Part shown: positions 28,516-38,337 of the stretch, one piece after another
Layout: each line of letters opens with the position of its first letter
How positions within the stretch are numbered: the first letter of the stretch is position 1
DNA from: an uncultured Dehalococcoidales bacterium
Lineage (GTDB): Bacteria > Chloroflexota > Dehalococcoidia > GIF9 > UBA5629
DNA length: 64,000 bases
NCBI GenBank assembly: GCA_964548415.1
Contig: CAZJQG010000009.1
Coordinates: 2,854 to 66,853 of the forward strand
Direction of reading: 5' to 3'
Made by a program: the position numbers and the translations under genes
Notes under the pieces: model-generated
The model's input: the letters and a program-made list of their open reading frames with translations, nothing else
Database searches by the model: none
What the model was told of the DNA's origin: nothing

Positions 28516-29028
28516 CTATTTATAAGAAGTCAGGATATCTTTTAACTGGCTTGGCTTAACCCTTCCATATACGTTATCTTTTATCGCCATGACCGGAGAT
28601 AGACCGCAGCAGCCGAGACATCTCACCTGTTCCAGTGAAAATTTACCGTCCGGGGTGATTCCGCCGGCCTCGAGTCCGTAGTCCTTCTTCAGCGCTTTTA
28701 GTATCCTTTCAGAACCTTTGACGTAGCAGCTGGTACCATTGCAAACCTGAAGCACATACTTGCCTTTGGGTACCAGTGAGAAAAACGAATAGAAACTGGT
28801 AATTCCGTATAGTTCGCTCAGAGGAATACCCATTTCATTGGAAACAGCCTTTAAGGCTGCCGGAGGCAGGTACCCGACCAGGCCCTGCACTTGCTGAAGT
28901 ACTCGAATGGGGGCGCCGGCCCGGCCATCCATGACTTCAACAATCTTTTTGATTTGCTGAAGCGTTTTGGTGCTCAATTCCGGGCTGGCTTTCGCCTTGG
29001 CGGTTGTTGTTTTAGTTGCTTGTTTCAA
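28516..29028 (-). CDS. hoxE: NuoE/HoxE/HydC [2Fe-2S] subunit
   Basis: GYLP, SFYSFF, CNGTSC, CLGCC. AGGAGG before TTG 29028. Confidence 0.93.
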   Translation of the reverse strand: MKQATKTTTAKAKASPELSTKTLQQIKKIVEVMDGRAGAPIRVLQQVQGLVGYLPPAALKAVSNEMGIPLSELYGITSFYSFFSLVPKGKYVLQVCNGTSCYVKGSERILKALKKDYGLEAGGITPDGKFSLEQVRCLGCCGLSPVMAIKDNVYGRVKPSQLKDILTSYK

Positions 29029-29378
29029 GGTAACCTCCTGGAATGTAGCTCATGTTTAACCCGTACGGAGTCTAACAGTGTACGAAGGTGCATAGCATCG
29101 CTCTTTGGCCCTAATCTATAAGGGACTTTAGTTTTAAGTTGGATGTTCAGAAAATTTACGAAATGTGGCTCGCTTAACCGATGAATTATACAGCTTCCTG
29201 TAAACTTGGCGCAATTATTTTTTAGCTTGAGGCAATTGGAAAATACCAGGCCGTGCACCTCAAGCCGTATTGAACTGGCGACGCAGTTATATTTTTATCA
29301 TTAACTATTTTTATATACAATTAGCTTTCTAAAAACAGGCATTATTGCTTATTTTTGTATAAAAATAGACTAAATTAC

Positions 29379-29407
29379 TTGTGTCACAGGGCTATAAAAG
29401 GTATAAT
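29379..29407 (+). promoter_or_regulatory. Putative sigma70 promoter for the mvh operon
   Basis: TTGTGT-17 nt-TATAAT in the AT-rich divergent region. Confidence 0.5.
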
Positions 29408-29560
29408 TCGGAGGTTTATTTTTTAAATGGCAATCGTCAACTGTAAACAACAAAAATTTTATATAACCGACTGTGAATTCATAGACTTCTATTGTGTTTC
29501 TTTAGCCTACATTTCAACTCATTTGCATAAATCTTATTTTATTAAGTAAGGAGGACTACT

Positions 29561-31354
29561 ATGTGGAAAACTGAAGCGGGCGGAGTGGCGCATGCCGAGA
29601 CGGCCGTTAAACAATGCCTGCCACCCTGTCAGATTAAATGCCCGATAAATGAGGATATACAGAGAACCAACGTGCTTATCTCTCTTCTTCCCGACGACCC
29701 TGAAGCGGCGCGAGAGGGCATACTTCAGATTGGCGACTATCTATACGAAAAGAATCCGTTTTTCAATATCTGTGGCTACATCTGTGGCATATGTGAACTC
29801 GAGTGCAATTATGGTTCAAAGGGTGGAGCCATTAGAAGAAGGCTGCTGAAAAGATTCTTATCGGATGTCTATACGGAACATATAAAAGACCGCGATGAGT
29901 TGGAGGTAAACAGGGACAAAGAGAATGTGGCCGTGATAGGTGGTGGACCGGGTGGCCTTATGTGTGCCTACCACCTTAGTAAAAGAGGATATCGTGTTAC
30001 CATAATAGAAGCCACGGGACGCCTGGGTGGCGCCTTGTGGTTGGTTCCCGATTACAGGTTGCCTAAGGATATTCTGCAAACCACGGTAGAAAATCTGGTC
30101 AGGATTGCCGGTGTGGATGTCAGGTATAACACCCGGCTGGGAACTGGCAAGTTGACGCTGGAGAAGTTGAGGAACGAGGGGTACAAAGCTGTGTTCCTGG
30201 GTACCGGGTTGCCTTATCCCAGGGTCCTGACGTTCGAAGGCAAATTCGTTGATGGCCAGGACTTATCGGGTGTAATGTACGGTCATACCTATCTATATGA
30301 GGTCAGCCACAATAATATCGCTGCTGACTATTTCAAGGGGAAGAAGGTCATTGTAACCGGCGGCGGCAACGTTGCCTTCGATGTAGCCAGGTCGGCACGT
30401 AGACAGGGGGCGGACGTAACGGTCATAGCCCTGGAGCGTGAAGACAAAGACCATAGAGATGGTATTCCCGCGGATGAAGAGGAAATACGCGGAGCCTGGG
30501 AAGAAGGTATCAGGATCGTTTACAGCCGTGGCGTAGACAAAATCATCGGGCAGAACGGTAAATTCAAAGGTATACATTGCCCGTCGTGCGTTAGCGTATT
30601 CGATAAGGAAGGATTCAATCCGAAATTTGATACAACTGATTGCATTGACCTGTCCGGTGATGTGCTTATTATCACCGTAGGCCAGGCTCCCGATAGGCCG
30701 CTCCTGGAAAAGGAAAACCTGCTGGATGAGCGGGGCAGGATTGCCATTGAACACCTCACCCTGCAAAGCCTGAATAAACCATGGGTATTTATAGGTGGTG
30801 ACGTAAGGCGTGTAGGCTTCATGGTAGAAGCTATGGCAGAGGGCTTCGAGGCAGCGGAGTCAATAGATAGGTATTTGAGGGGAGTGGATATGAAGAGCGG
30901 CAGGCGGAAGGACTACGAGGGTTATGAGATTCCGGTACGGAAAGATTATAAGCCGGAACCGGAAGTGCTCTGGATACCGCCTGAAAATCGAATGCACTTC
31001 CAGCTTTTTGAAACAGGACTGATGCTGAGAGAGGCAATAGATGAGGCCAAGCGATGTGTCACCTGCGGCCCCTGCGTTTCTTGTAAAGCCTGCATATCAA
31101 TAGGCTTTCAGAAATCATTGAGCCCGGTAGAAGTGGATGAGACCAGGTGCAGTGGCTGCGGCCATTGCGTTTACGTTTGCAACTACCATTCGGCTCATCT
31201 GGTTAATAACGGCGGCAAGATAACATCTGCGACAGACATGTTCAAGTGCAAATCCTGTGGTATGTGTGTTGTCGCCTGTCCGTCACAGGCCAGAAAAATG
31301 GTCGATGATGATACTGCAGAACGAATAGCTAAGGTCTACGCATCTTTGGCGTAG
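29561..31354 (+). CDS. GltD/NfnB-like FAD Fe-S oxidoreductase with HdrA/HdrL-type C-terminal ferredoxin domain
   Basis: PPCQIKCP..CGYICGICELEC, IGGGPGGL, VPDYRLP, GGGNVAFD, VFIGGD, RCVTCGPCVSC, CSGCGHC..C, CKSCGMC..CP. Confidence 0.88.
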   Translation: MWKTEAGGVAHAETAVKQCLPPCQIKCPINEDIQRTNVLISLLPDDPEAAREGILQIGDYLYEKNPFFNICGYICGICELECNYGSKGGAIRRRLLKRFLSDVYTEHIKDRDELEVNRDKENVAVIGGGPGGLMCAYHLSKRGYRVTIIEATGRLGGALWLVPDYRLPKDILQTTVENLVRIAGVDVRYNTRLGTGKLTLEKLRNEGYKAVFLGTGLPYPRVLTFEGKFVDGQDLSGVMYGHTYLYEVSHNNIAADYFKGKKVIVTGGGNVAFDVARSARRQGADVTVIALEREDKDHRDGIPADEEEIRGAWEEGIRIVYSRGVDKIIGQNGKFKGIHCPSCVSVFDKEGFNPKFDTTDCIDLSGDVLIITVGQAPDRPLLEKENLLDERGRIAIEHLTLQSLNKPWVFIGGDVRRVGFMVEAMAEGFEAAESIDRYLRGVDMKSGRRKDYEGYEIPVRKDYKPEPEVLWIPPENRMHFQLFETGLMLREAIDEAKRCVTCGPCVSCKACISIGFQKSLSPVEVDETRCSGCGHCVYVCNYHSAHLVNNGGKITSATDMFKCKSCGMCVVACPSQARKMVDDDTAERIAKVYASLA

Positions 31355-31387
31355 CTGCTGATGTAAACATTTTGTAGGAGGACGACA

Positions 31388-31837
31388 TTGAGCGAGAACA
31401 AACCGAAAATTGTGTGTTTTTCCTGTAAGTTTGGATGGGGCTATCTGACAGATGAGGCCACACTGTCCAAGCAAATAGAAAATTGGATACCAATTATTTG
31501 CACGGGTAAAATCGATACTACGGATATCATGAATGCCTTCGACCAGGGTGCCGATGGTGTTTTAATTCTTGGATGCCCGGAAGGCGATTGCCATTACCAG
31601 GACGGCAACTATGAAGCTAAGAAGCGAGTACACCTACTCAGCAGGCTTCTGGAGTCCATGGGTGTGGAAAAAGGCAGGATCAGAATAGAGCTTGGCACCG
31701 ATCCTGAGGGCAAGACAATTCCGCAGATAATTAAGGAAATGAGCAAGGACCTTACTAAACTCGGTTCGTCCAGGACCGGTGCGATAGCCGCGAAAAGGCC
31801 TGCCAGAGAGATGATAAAAGCTAAAGGGGGAAAATAG
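31388..31837 (+). CDS. mvhD: Methyl-viologen-reducing hydrogenase delta subunit ([2Fe-2S], MvhD/FlpD)
   Basis: FSC, ICTGKID, GADGVLILGCPEGDCHY..GN. AGGAGG RBS with TTG start. Confidence 0.92.
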   Translation: MSENKPKIVCFSCKFGWGYLTDEATLSKQIENWIPIICTGKIDTTDIMNAFDQGADGVLILGCPEGDCHYQDGNYEAKKRVHLLSRLLESMGVEKGRIRIELGTDPEGKTIPQIIKEMSKDLTKLGSSRTGAIAAKRPAREMIKAKGGK

Positions 31838-31838
31838 G

Positions 31839-32813
31839 ATGGCAAAACCAAAAGTTGCAATCTGCTGGTTGGGAGGTTGCGGTGGCTGTGATGAGGCGGT
31901 CGTCGATATAAACGAAGTGCTGCTAAGCGTCGCCGGTGCTGTGGATTTAGTCCTGTGGCCGGTGGCATTAGATTTCAAATACCACAGCATCGAAGCTATG
32001 AAAGATGGCGAGATAGCTTTGAGTATAATAAACGGCCATATTAGAAATTCTGAACAAGAGGAAGTCGCCGAATTGCTGAGAAAGAAATCTCAGATAGTGC
32101 TGGCTTTCGGTGCCTGTGCCTGTTTCGGTGGGACACCCGGGCTGGCGAATTTGACCACAAAAGAAGACATTTTTGATTGGGTATATAAGAATGCACCCAC
32201 AGTCATTAATCCCAAAGGCAATGTGCCGAAGACACATAGTCGGATTAATGGCAAGGATTTAACGCTGCCTGAGTTTTACGGGCAAGTTCAGGCGCTGAAG
32301 GATGTCATAGATGTCGATTATTACCTGCCCGGATGTCCGCCACCTCCTCACCTCATCATAGCTGCGATAAGCGCTGTGATCGAGAACAAGCTGCCACCTA
32401 AAGGTTCGACACTGGCGCCACACAGATCTCTATGTGATAGTTGCACGAGAAACAAGACTAAACCGGAACGGATGGCCATAACAGAAATTAAGCGGATTCA
32501 TGAAGTAGAGGCGAATCCGGACACCTGCTTTCTGGCACAGGGGATACTTTGTTTGGGACCGGCTACCCGGGATGGTTGCGGCGAGGCCTGCATGAATATC
32601 AACATCCCCTGTCGAGGATGCTTTGGTCCCGTGGAGGGAGTAGTTGATTCAGGCGCTAAGTACATTTCGGCGCTGGCATCTATATTGGATGTTCAGACCG
32701 ATGCCGATATGAACCGATTGACTGACCAGATCAAGGATCTAGCGGGGTACCTGTACCGGTTCTCGCTGCCGACTTCAATATTAAAGAAAAAAAGAGTTAA
32801 AGAATTAGCCTAA
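31839..32813 (+). CDS. mvhG: Group 3c [NiFe]-hydrogenase small subunit
   Basis: GCGGC, FGACA..GG, LPGCPP, LCDSC, CFLAQGILCLGPATR..C..C..PCRGCFG. Confidence 0.93.
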   Translation: MAKPKVAICWLGGCGGCDEAVVDINEVLLSVAGAVDLVLWPVALDFKYHSIEAMKDGEIALSIINGHIRNSEQEEVAELLRKKSQIVLAFGACACFGGTPGLANLTTKEDIFDWVYKNAPTVINPKGNVPKTHSRINGKDLTLPEFYGQVQALKDVIDVDYYLPGCPPPPHLIIAAISAVIENKLPPKGSTLAPHRSLCDSCTRNKTKPERMAITEIKRIHEVEANPDTCFLAQGILCLGPATRDGCGEACMNINIPCRGCFGPVEGVVDSGAKYISALASILDVQTDADMNRLTDQIKDLAGYLYRFSLPTSILKKKRVKELA

Positions 32814-32827
32814 GAAAGAGGTGCAAT

Positions 32828-34291
32828 GTGACCGAAAAGATAACCATCAATCCGATAACCAGACTTGAGGGACACGGAAAAATCGAGATTTTCCTGGATG
32901 ATAAGGGCAACGTGGACGATGCCTACTGGCAGGTAGTCGAACTGAGAGGGTTTGAGAGGTTTTGCCTGGGCAGGCCTGTTGAGGAACTGCCGCGAATCAT
33001 GCCCAATATATGTGGTGTTTGCCCCACACCTCACAACATGGCTTCGGTTAAAGCCCTGGATGACCTTTACGGCGTTGAGCCGACGCCTACTGCGAAGCTC
33101 ATTCGCAATCTCCATTACAACGCATTTATGGTGGAAGACCATTTGCTTCATTTCTTCATTCTGTCAGCGCCGGACTTTGTGCTCGGACCGGATGCCAATC
33201 CGGCAGAGCGGAATATCCTGGGTGTGGTAAACAAAGTGGGCCTGGAAATCGGCGGCAAAGTCATTGAAACCAGGAAAAGATGCCGCGAGATAATTCGATA
33301 TATCGGCAGTAAACCGCCTCATCCCGAAGGTGGACTGCCGGGTGGAGTTTCCAGGGGAGTTACCGAGGAAGACCGCAAATGGATGATTGATTCGGCCGAC
33401 TTCACAGTTGAATTTTGCCAGTTCGCACTCGAATTGTTTAAACAGACCGTTCTGGATAATAAGACGTATCTAAATCTAGTGTTAAACGACGCTTATAAGT
33501 TAAACACGTATTACATGGGCATGGTTGACGAAAGCAAAAGGGTGAACTTTTATGAAGGGAAATTGCGGGTAGTCGATCCCAAAGGAGTGGAATTTGCTCT
33601 GTTCGATTGTCATGACTATGCCAATCACGTGGGCGAATGGGTCGAACCGTGGACCTATATCAGGTTGACTCATCTAAGGAAAATAGGATGGAACGGCCTG
33701 AACGATGATGCCGGGACGTCACTTTACCGCGTTGGACCGCTGGCACGGTTAAATGCCGCGGATAGCATGTATACGCCTCTGGCTCAAAAGGAATACGAGG
33801 CGATGTTTGATATTCTCGGGGGCAAACCCAGCCACCATACTCTAGCCTATCACTGGGCAAGGCTGATCGAAGCCCTTCAGGCCGCGGAACACATGCAGCG
33901 GATTGTAAACGACCCGTTATTGACCAGCAAAGATATACGAAACATGAATCTCAAGTTGGGCAAGGTGGGTATCGGCGCAGTAGAAGCTGCGCGCGGAACC
34001 TTAATTCATCACTACGAGTCAGACGATGAGGGCAGAGCTACCAAAGTAAATCTTATCGTGGCCACGCAGCATAATGCGGCCCCTATATGTATGTCCGTCA
34101 AGAAGGCAGCCATGGAATTTGTGAAAGGACCTGAGGTTAAAGAAGGCCTGCTTAATATGGTGGAGATGGCTTTCCGGGCTTATGATCCGTGCCTGGGCTG
34201 CGCGACTCATGCGTTGCCGGGTAAAATGCCCTTGACGATCAACATAAGAGAGCCCAACGGCAACCTGATACGTACTGTCGAGAGACGCTAG
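32828..34291 (+). CDS. mvhA: Group 3c [NiFe]-hydrogenase large subunit
   Basis: TRLEGHG, ICGVCP, EAARGTLIHHY, EMAFRAYDPCLGCATH plus tail. Confidence 0.95.
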   Translation: MTEKITINPITRLEGHGKIEIFLDDKGNVDDAYWQVVELRGFERFCLGRPVEELPRIMPNICGVCPTPHNMASVKALDDLYGVEPTPTAKLIRNLHYNAFMVEDHLLHFFILSAPDFVLGPDANPAERNILGVVNKVGLEIGGKVIETRKRCREIIRYIGSKPPHPEGGLPGGVSRGVTEEDRKWMIDSADFTVEFCQFALELFKQTVLDNKTYLNLVLNDAYKLNTYYMGMVDESKRVNFYEGKLRVVDPKGVEFALFDCHDYANHVGEWVEPWTYIRLTHLRKIGWNGLNDDAGTSLYRVGPLARLNAADSMYTPLAQKEYEAMFDILGGKPSHHTLAYHWARLIEALQAAEHMQRIVNDPLLTSKDIRNMNLKLGKVGIGAVEAARGTLIHHYESDDEGRATKVNLIVATQHNAAPICMSVKKAAMEFVKGPEVKEGLLNMVEMAFRAYDPCLGCATHALPGKMPLTINIREPNGNLIRTVERR

Positions 34292-34487
34292 GCGTGTTCG
34301 GAGTTGCGCTGGACGCGTTCCAGAGTTATTATTTGTTTTGAGTAAGCGGTAAAGCTTCCTTCACGAATCCGCTGTCCTCAAGTAGCTGTTTACTAAAAAG
34401 CAGTTGCCGTAATTTTTAAGTTTGTAATGTTATCGTGACAAAATAGTCCTGCTATTACATACTGAGCCGCCGTAGGTAGCCCTGAAG

Positions 34488-35921
34488 ATGAATAGCTCGC
34501 AAGTGCAAGAGAAAACGACGGACTACTCTCCTGAAGAGAGAGCACTGATACTGCGGCTTAGGGTATACGTCAATCTTCGATGGCTGGCCGTCGTCGCCAT
34601 CTTTGCGGCGGTATGGGTCGCATCAACGGTATTCCATATTAGTTTTCCAACTCTTCCCGTTTATATTATTTGTGTTGCAATCATTATATATAATGCTATC
34701 CTGTTCTACCTTACGCTCCGGCTAGATAAGGAAAAACCGGAGTCTGTCATCCGGAAAGCTGAGCTATACGGCAATGTGCAGGTTTTTCTTGACCTGGTGA
34801 TTCTTACCCTGCTTCTACACTTTACCGGTGGAGTAGAAAATCCTTTCATATTTCTTTACATAATTCATATAAATGCAGCTGCTATATTTCTATCGAGACG
34901 AAGGGTTTATGAACTGACAACACTGGCCATGGCTATTTTGGCGATTATGGTTTTTTTAGAATACTTTGGTGTGATACCTCATGTAAATCTCGCGGGATTC
35001 GTGTCTCCGAACCGGTACAATGAATTAAGTTATGTCATTCCTGTTTTGGTTGCCTTGGCCACCCTGGCCTACGGTACGATTTATGTGACAACCGCTATAA
35101 ATGGTGAGTTGAGGAGGCGGCAACGTGAAGTTATGGTGTTGAAAGACCAGCTACTGGAGCAGAGGGCGAAGGAGCTGGAGCAGATATCGGGAGAGGTGCT
35201 TAAGCTGGTGGAGGAGAGACGGAGTTTCGTGCGATTTCTCAGTGTTGTGGCACACGACCTGCAGTCGCCCTTGGTGGCAACTCAAAGCTTGCTATCTTAT
35301 ATTGTTGATGGGTATACTGGGCAGATAACCGACGGGCAAAAGGACCTGATGCAGCGAGGCATCAGAAGAATCGATGCGCTGCTGACATTGATTACCGACC
35401 TGCTTGATATACCCCGGATAGAGGCGGGACAGCTAAGTCGCGAAATGAGGGAAATCCCGTTAAACGACGCAGTCAAGCAGGCAACGGATGGTCTGGATAA
35501 TGTAGCCAGACAGAAAGGGCTGACGCTTCAAGTAGAACTGCCGGAGCGTTCGCCTATAGTATACGGTTCAAACCGCAGGCTGGTACAGGTGGTGACTAAT
35601 CTGGCGAGCAATGCTATTAACTATACACGAGAAGGTACGGTATTAGTGAAAGCCGCAGACGGTAAAGACGAGGTAAAAGTTGAAGTAATAGATACTGGAA
35701 TCGGTATACCACCCGAGGAACTACCCCGGCTATTTAACGACTTCTTCCGCGGTAGCAACGTGGGAGCCAAAGGGACCGGATTGGGGCTATCGATATCTAA
35801 GAGGATAATCGAAGCTCACGGTGGTAAGATTTGGGCGGAGAGCCCGGCTCCTGAAACCGGGCAGGGAAGCAAGTTTACATTTACTTTGCCGAAAAATAGG
35901 TCTGCAGTACCTGATAAATAG
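34488..35921 (+). CDS. Multi-TM sensor histidine kinase
   Basis: About six N-terminal TM helices (LRW.., HFTGGVENPF), H-box VAHDLQSPL, NLASNA, DTGIGI, GTGLGL. Confidence 0.93.
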   Translation: MNSSQVQEKTTDYSPEERALILRLRVYVNLRWLAVVAIFAAVWVASTVFHISFPTLPVYIICVAIIIYNAILFYLTLRLDKEKPESVIRKAELYGNVQVFLDLVILTLLLHFTGGVENPFIFLYIIHINAAAIFLSRRRVYELTTLAMAILAIMVFLEYFGVIPHVNLAGFVSPNRYNELSYVIPVLVALATLAYGTIYVTTAINGELRRRQREVMVLKDQLLEQRAKELEQISGEVLKLVEERRSFVRFLSVVAHDLQSPLVATQSLLSYIVDGYTGQITDGQKDLMQRGIRRIDALLTLITDLLDIPRIEAGQLSREMREIPLNDAVKQATDGLDNVARQKGLTLQVELPERSPIVYGSNRRLVQVVTNLASNAINYTREGTVLVKAADGKDEVKVEVIDTGIGIPPEELPRLFNDFFRGSNVGAKGTGLGLSISKRIIEAHGGKIWAESPAPETGQGSKFTFTLPKNRSAVPDK

Positions 35922-35970
35922 ATGAAATATTGATTAAGCTTTCAACAGAAATAATTAAGGAGGATTAAAT

Positions 35971-36348
35971 ATGAATAAGAGACCGAAAATCTTGCTTGTC
36001 GACGATGATGTCGACCTGGTAACGGTAATGAGGGGTGCTCTGGAAAGTAAAGCGTATGAGGTAATCGTAGCCTATAACGGTAAAGAGGGGCTGGAAAAGG
36101 CCAAAAAAGAACAGCCTGATCTGGTAGTCCTCGATATACTGATGCCGGTGGCCGACGGTTTTACCTTCGCGGACCAGTTTCGCAAAGACCCGACTTTGGC
36201 AAAGACACCGGTGTTGGCGCTGACCAGCTTCTCAGAATCCTTGGGCCAGCCATTTGCCTTCGACGTCTCCGAGTTTATCTCGAAGCCAATCAAGCCAAGG
36301 GACCTGGTGGCCAAGGTCGAGACGTTTCTGAAAAAAGCCGGCAAATAA
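35971..36348 (+). CDS. Single-domain response regulator (receiver only)
   Basis: LVDDD, VLDILMP, ALT, ISKP. No output domain. Confidence 0.92.
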   Translation: MNKRPKILLVDDDVDLVTVMRGALESKAYEVIVAYNGKEGLEKAKKEQPDLVVLDILMPVADGFTFADQFRKDPTLAKTPVLALTSFSESLGQPFAFDVSEFISKPIKPRDLVAKVETFLKKAGK

Positions 36349-36406
36349 CGGAAGTACATTTTAGAGGTGGGGAGAATAGTCCAGAAAAAATCAGAGGCGC
36401 GTTTTA

Positions 36407-36631
36407 TCATGTCGTCCGGGTATAAATCCGGTATATGGCATCGTTATTTTCGGTAAAACACCGGCTGCAACCCGGGCACTGGTCTGGCTCCACCTCTTCT
36501 AGATATACCTCGAGTCCGAGCTCACGGTACATGTCCAGCGTCCGCTTTAGATGCTCGCCCGACGATATCGAAGCCATCTTCCAGCCTTCGGCTTCCGGCC
36601 GTCGTTTATCTGCCGAGTCACCGATGTTCAT
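36407..36631 (-). CDS. Small hypothetical protein with CxxCxxC motif
   Basis: EGW...YRELGLEVYLE..CPGCSRC..IYTR. Fills the gap. Confidence 0.6.
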   Translation of the reverse strand: MNIGDSADKRRPEAEGWKMASISSGEHLKRTLDMYRELGLEVYLEEVEPDQCPGCSRCFTENNDAIYRIYTRTT

Positions 36632-36675
36632 AAGCTAATGTTATCAGAAAGAGAAAATTATCGATAGGTGACCTG

Positions 36676-37566
36676 ATGTCAAAGAGCGAAGACAAATTTG
36701 AACATAAATTCGCAGACGTGAACAACGTGCGGCTTCACTACGTGGCTGCTGGCAGGGGCAAATTAATAATATTCCTGCACGGATTTCCCGAGTTCTGGTA
36801 TGCCTGGAAGCAACAGCTTATCGAGTTTGGCAGGGACTACCTGGCTGTGGCTCCCGATATGCGGGGTTACAACCTGTCATCGAAGCCGGCTGAGGTTGAA
36901 CAGTACCGGATGAAGTATTTGATAGAAGATATTCGTGCTCTCATAGAGCATTTAGATTATAAAAAGTGCTTCCTGGTAGCTCATGATTGGGGTGCCGGAG
37001 TGGCCTGGCCCTTCGCCATACGCTATCCGGACTACCTGGATAAACTGATTATTATCAACGGTCCCCATCCGGTAACCTTCACCCGGGAGCTGCGCGATAA
37101 CCCTCAGCAGCAGAAGGCCAGCCGGTATATACTTGTTCATCGCACGCCCGAGGCAGAGCAGATATTATCCAGAGACAACTACGGGGAGCTGGCCAAAAGT
37201 CTTCTGCAGGACGGATTGAAACAGGGATATTTTACGGAAGAAGATAGCAAGGCTTATCTGGCTGCCTGGTCGCAGCCGGGTGCGCTTACGGGCGGCCTGA
37301 ACTACTACAGGGCGGCGCGTCTCGGCCCGTTCACCGGCGAGGGCGATCATATGCTTTCAATGGACTCATCTTTGTTCACTGTCAAAGTGCCCACTCTGGT
37401 TATCTGGGGTGAGAAGGATAAGTGGCTGCTTCCGGGAAATCTGAACGGACTGGAGAAGTATGTACCGAACCTGACCATAAAACGTGTTCCCGATGGTTCG
37501 CACTGGGTGGTTCACGAAAAGCCGGAACTGGTCAATTCCTATATACGGCAATTTATCGAAAGCTAA
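36676..37566 (+). CDS. Alpha/beta hydrolase, epoxide-hydrolase-like
   Basis: HGFPEFW, PDMRGYN, AHDWG (Asp nucleophile), LNYYRA, SHWV. Confidence 0.92.
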   Translation: MSKSEDKFEHKFADVNNVRLHYVAAGRGKLIIFLHGFPEFWYAWKQQLIEFGRDYLAVAPDMRGYNLSSKPAEVEQYRMKYLIEDIRALIEHLDYKKCFLVAHDWGAGVAWPFAIRYPDYLDKLIIINGPHPVTFTRELRDNPQQQKASRYILVHRTPEAEQILSRDNYGELAKSLLQDGLKQGYFTEEDSKAYLAAWSQPGALTGGLNYYRAARLGPFTGEGDHMLSMDSSLFTVKVPTLVIWGEKDKWLLPGNLNGLEKYVPNLTIKRVPDGSHWVVHEKPELVNSYIRQFIES

Positions 37567-37578
37567 GGAGGAACATCT

Positions 37579-38316
37579 ATGAAAATTAGTACAGTCGGTA
37601 TAATAGGGGGTGGCGAGCTTGCTGATAAGCTTAAAGAAGTACTTGGCAAAGCAAACTTAAAGGTGGTTACCGCGAGTCTAAATGGAGATTTCGTTAAAGA
37701 AATAGCGGAATGCGACCTGGTTATAGAACTGGCCGAGGATGATTTTGCCGTTAAAAAGAATCTGATGAAAACTTGCGATACCAAGTGTAAAAAGGAGTCG
37801 ATTCTGGCGACTACTTCGTCTCATCCGTGGGTGACGCGTCTGGCGGGGGAGACAAAAAGACCGGATAAAGTCGTCGGACTTAATTTCACCAAGAACCCCT
37901 TTGAAGATAAATATTTAGTCCAGGTGGTTCAAGGACTGCAGACCTCTGCCGAGACCGTACAGGCAGCCAGAAAATTTCTTGCCGATACCGGAATCACCGC
38001 CGTTAAGCTTGAGGAGACGCCGGGGCTTATTCTAGACAGGGTGATTGCCTCCGTGGTCAATGAAGCGGCCGTAATGTATTCATCCAGGCTGGCCAGCAAA
38101 GAAGATATCGATAAAATGATGAAGGTCTGCGTGAACTGGCCGATGGGTCCCTTCGAATTTGCCGATTACATGGGAATCGACCGGGTGGTTGAGATTCTAG
38201 ACGAAATGACCGAGCAACTGGGGCCGAAGTTCCAGCCCTGTTTTTTGCTGAGAAGAATGGTCGATGCTGGCTGGTTGGGGAAGAAGAGGGGTAGGGGCTT
38301 CCACATTTACAGCTAA
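37579..38316 (+). CDS. 3-hydroxyacyl-CoA dehydrogenase family protein, degenerate
   Basis: DLVIELAED, PGLILDRV, NEA, WPMGPFE..D, GKKRGRGF. Rossmann and His motifs are altered. Confidence 0.85.
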   Translation: MKISTVGIIGGGELADKLKEVLGKANLKVVTASLNGDFVKEIAECDLVIELAEDDFAVKKNLMKTCDTKCKKESILATTSSHPWVTRLAGETKRPDKVVGLNFTKNPFEDKYLVQVVQGLQTSAETVQAARKFLADTGITAVKLEETPGLILDRVIASVVNEAAVMYSSRLASKEDIDKMMKVCVNWPMGPFEFADYMGIDRVVEILDEMTEQLGPKFQPCFLLRRMVDAGWLGKKRGRGFHIYS

Positions 38317-38337
38317 ATTGGTTGCTTTACAGGAGGG

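Noticed and set aside
29029-29560. Rex or sigma54 sites in the divergent hydrogenase promoter region
   Set aside because: Only partial matches (TGTGAATTCATA, TTGTGTCACA) without the correct spacing. No TGGC-N7-TTGC was found by eye.
21452-34291. Selenocysteine-containing hydrogenase subunits
   Set aside because: HoxH, MvhA and MvhD have Cys at the known Sec positions and uninterrupted frames.
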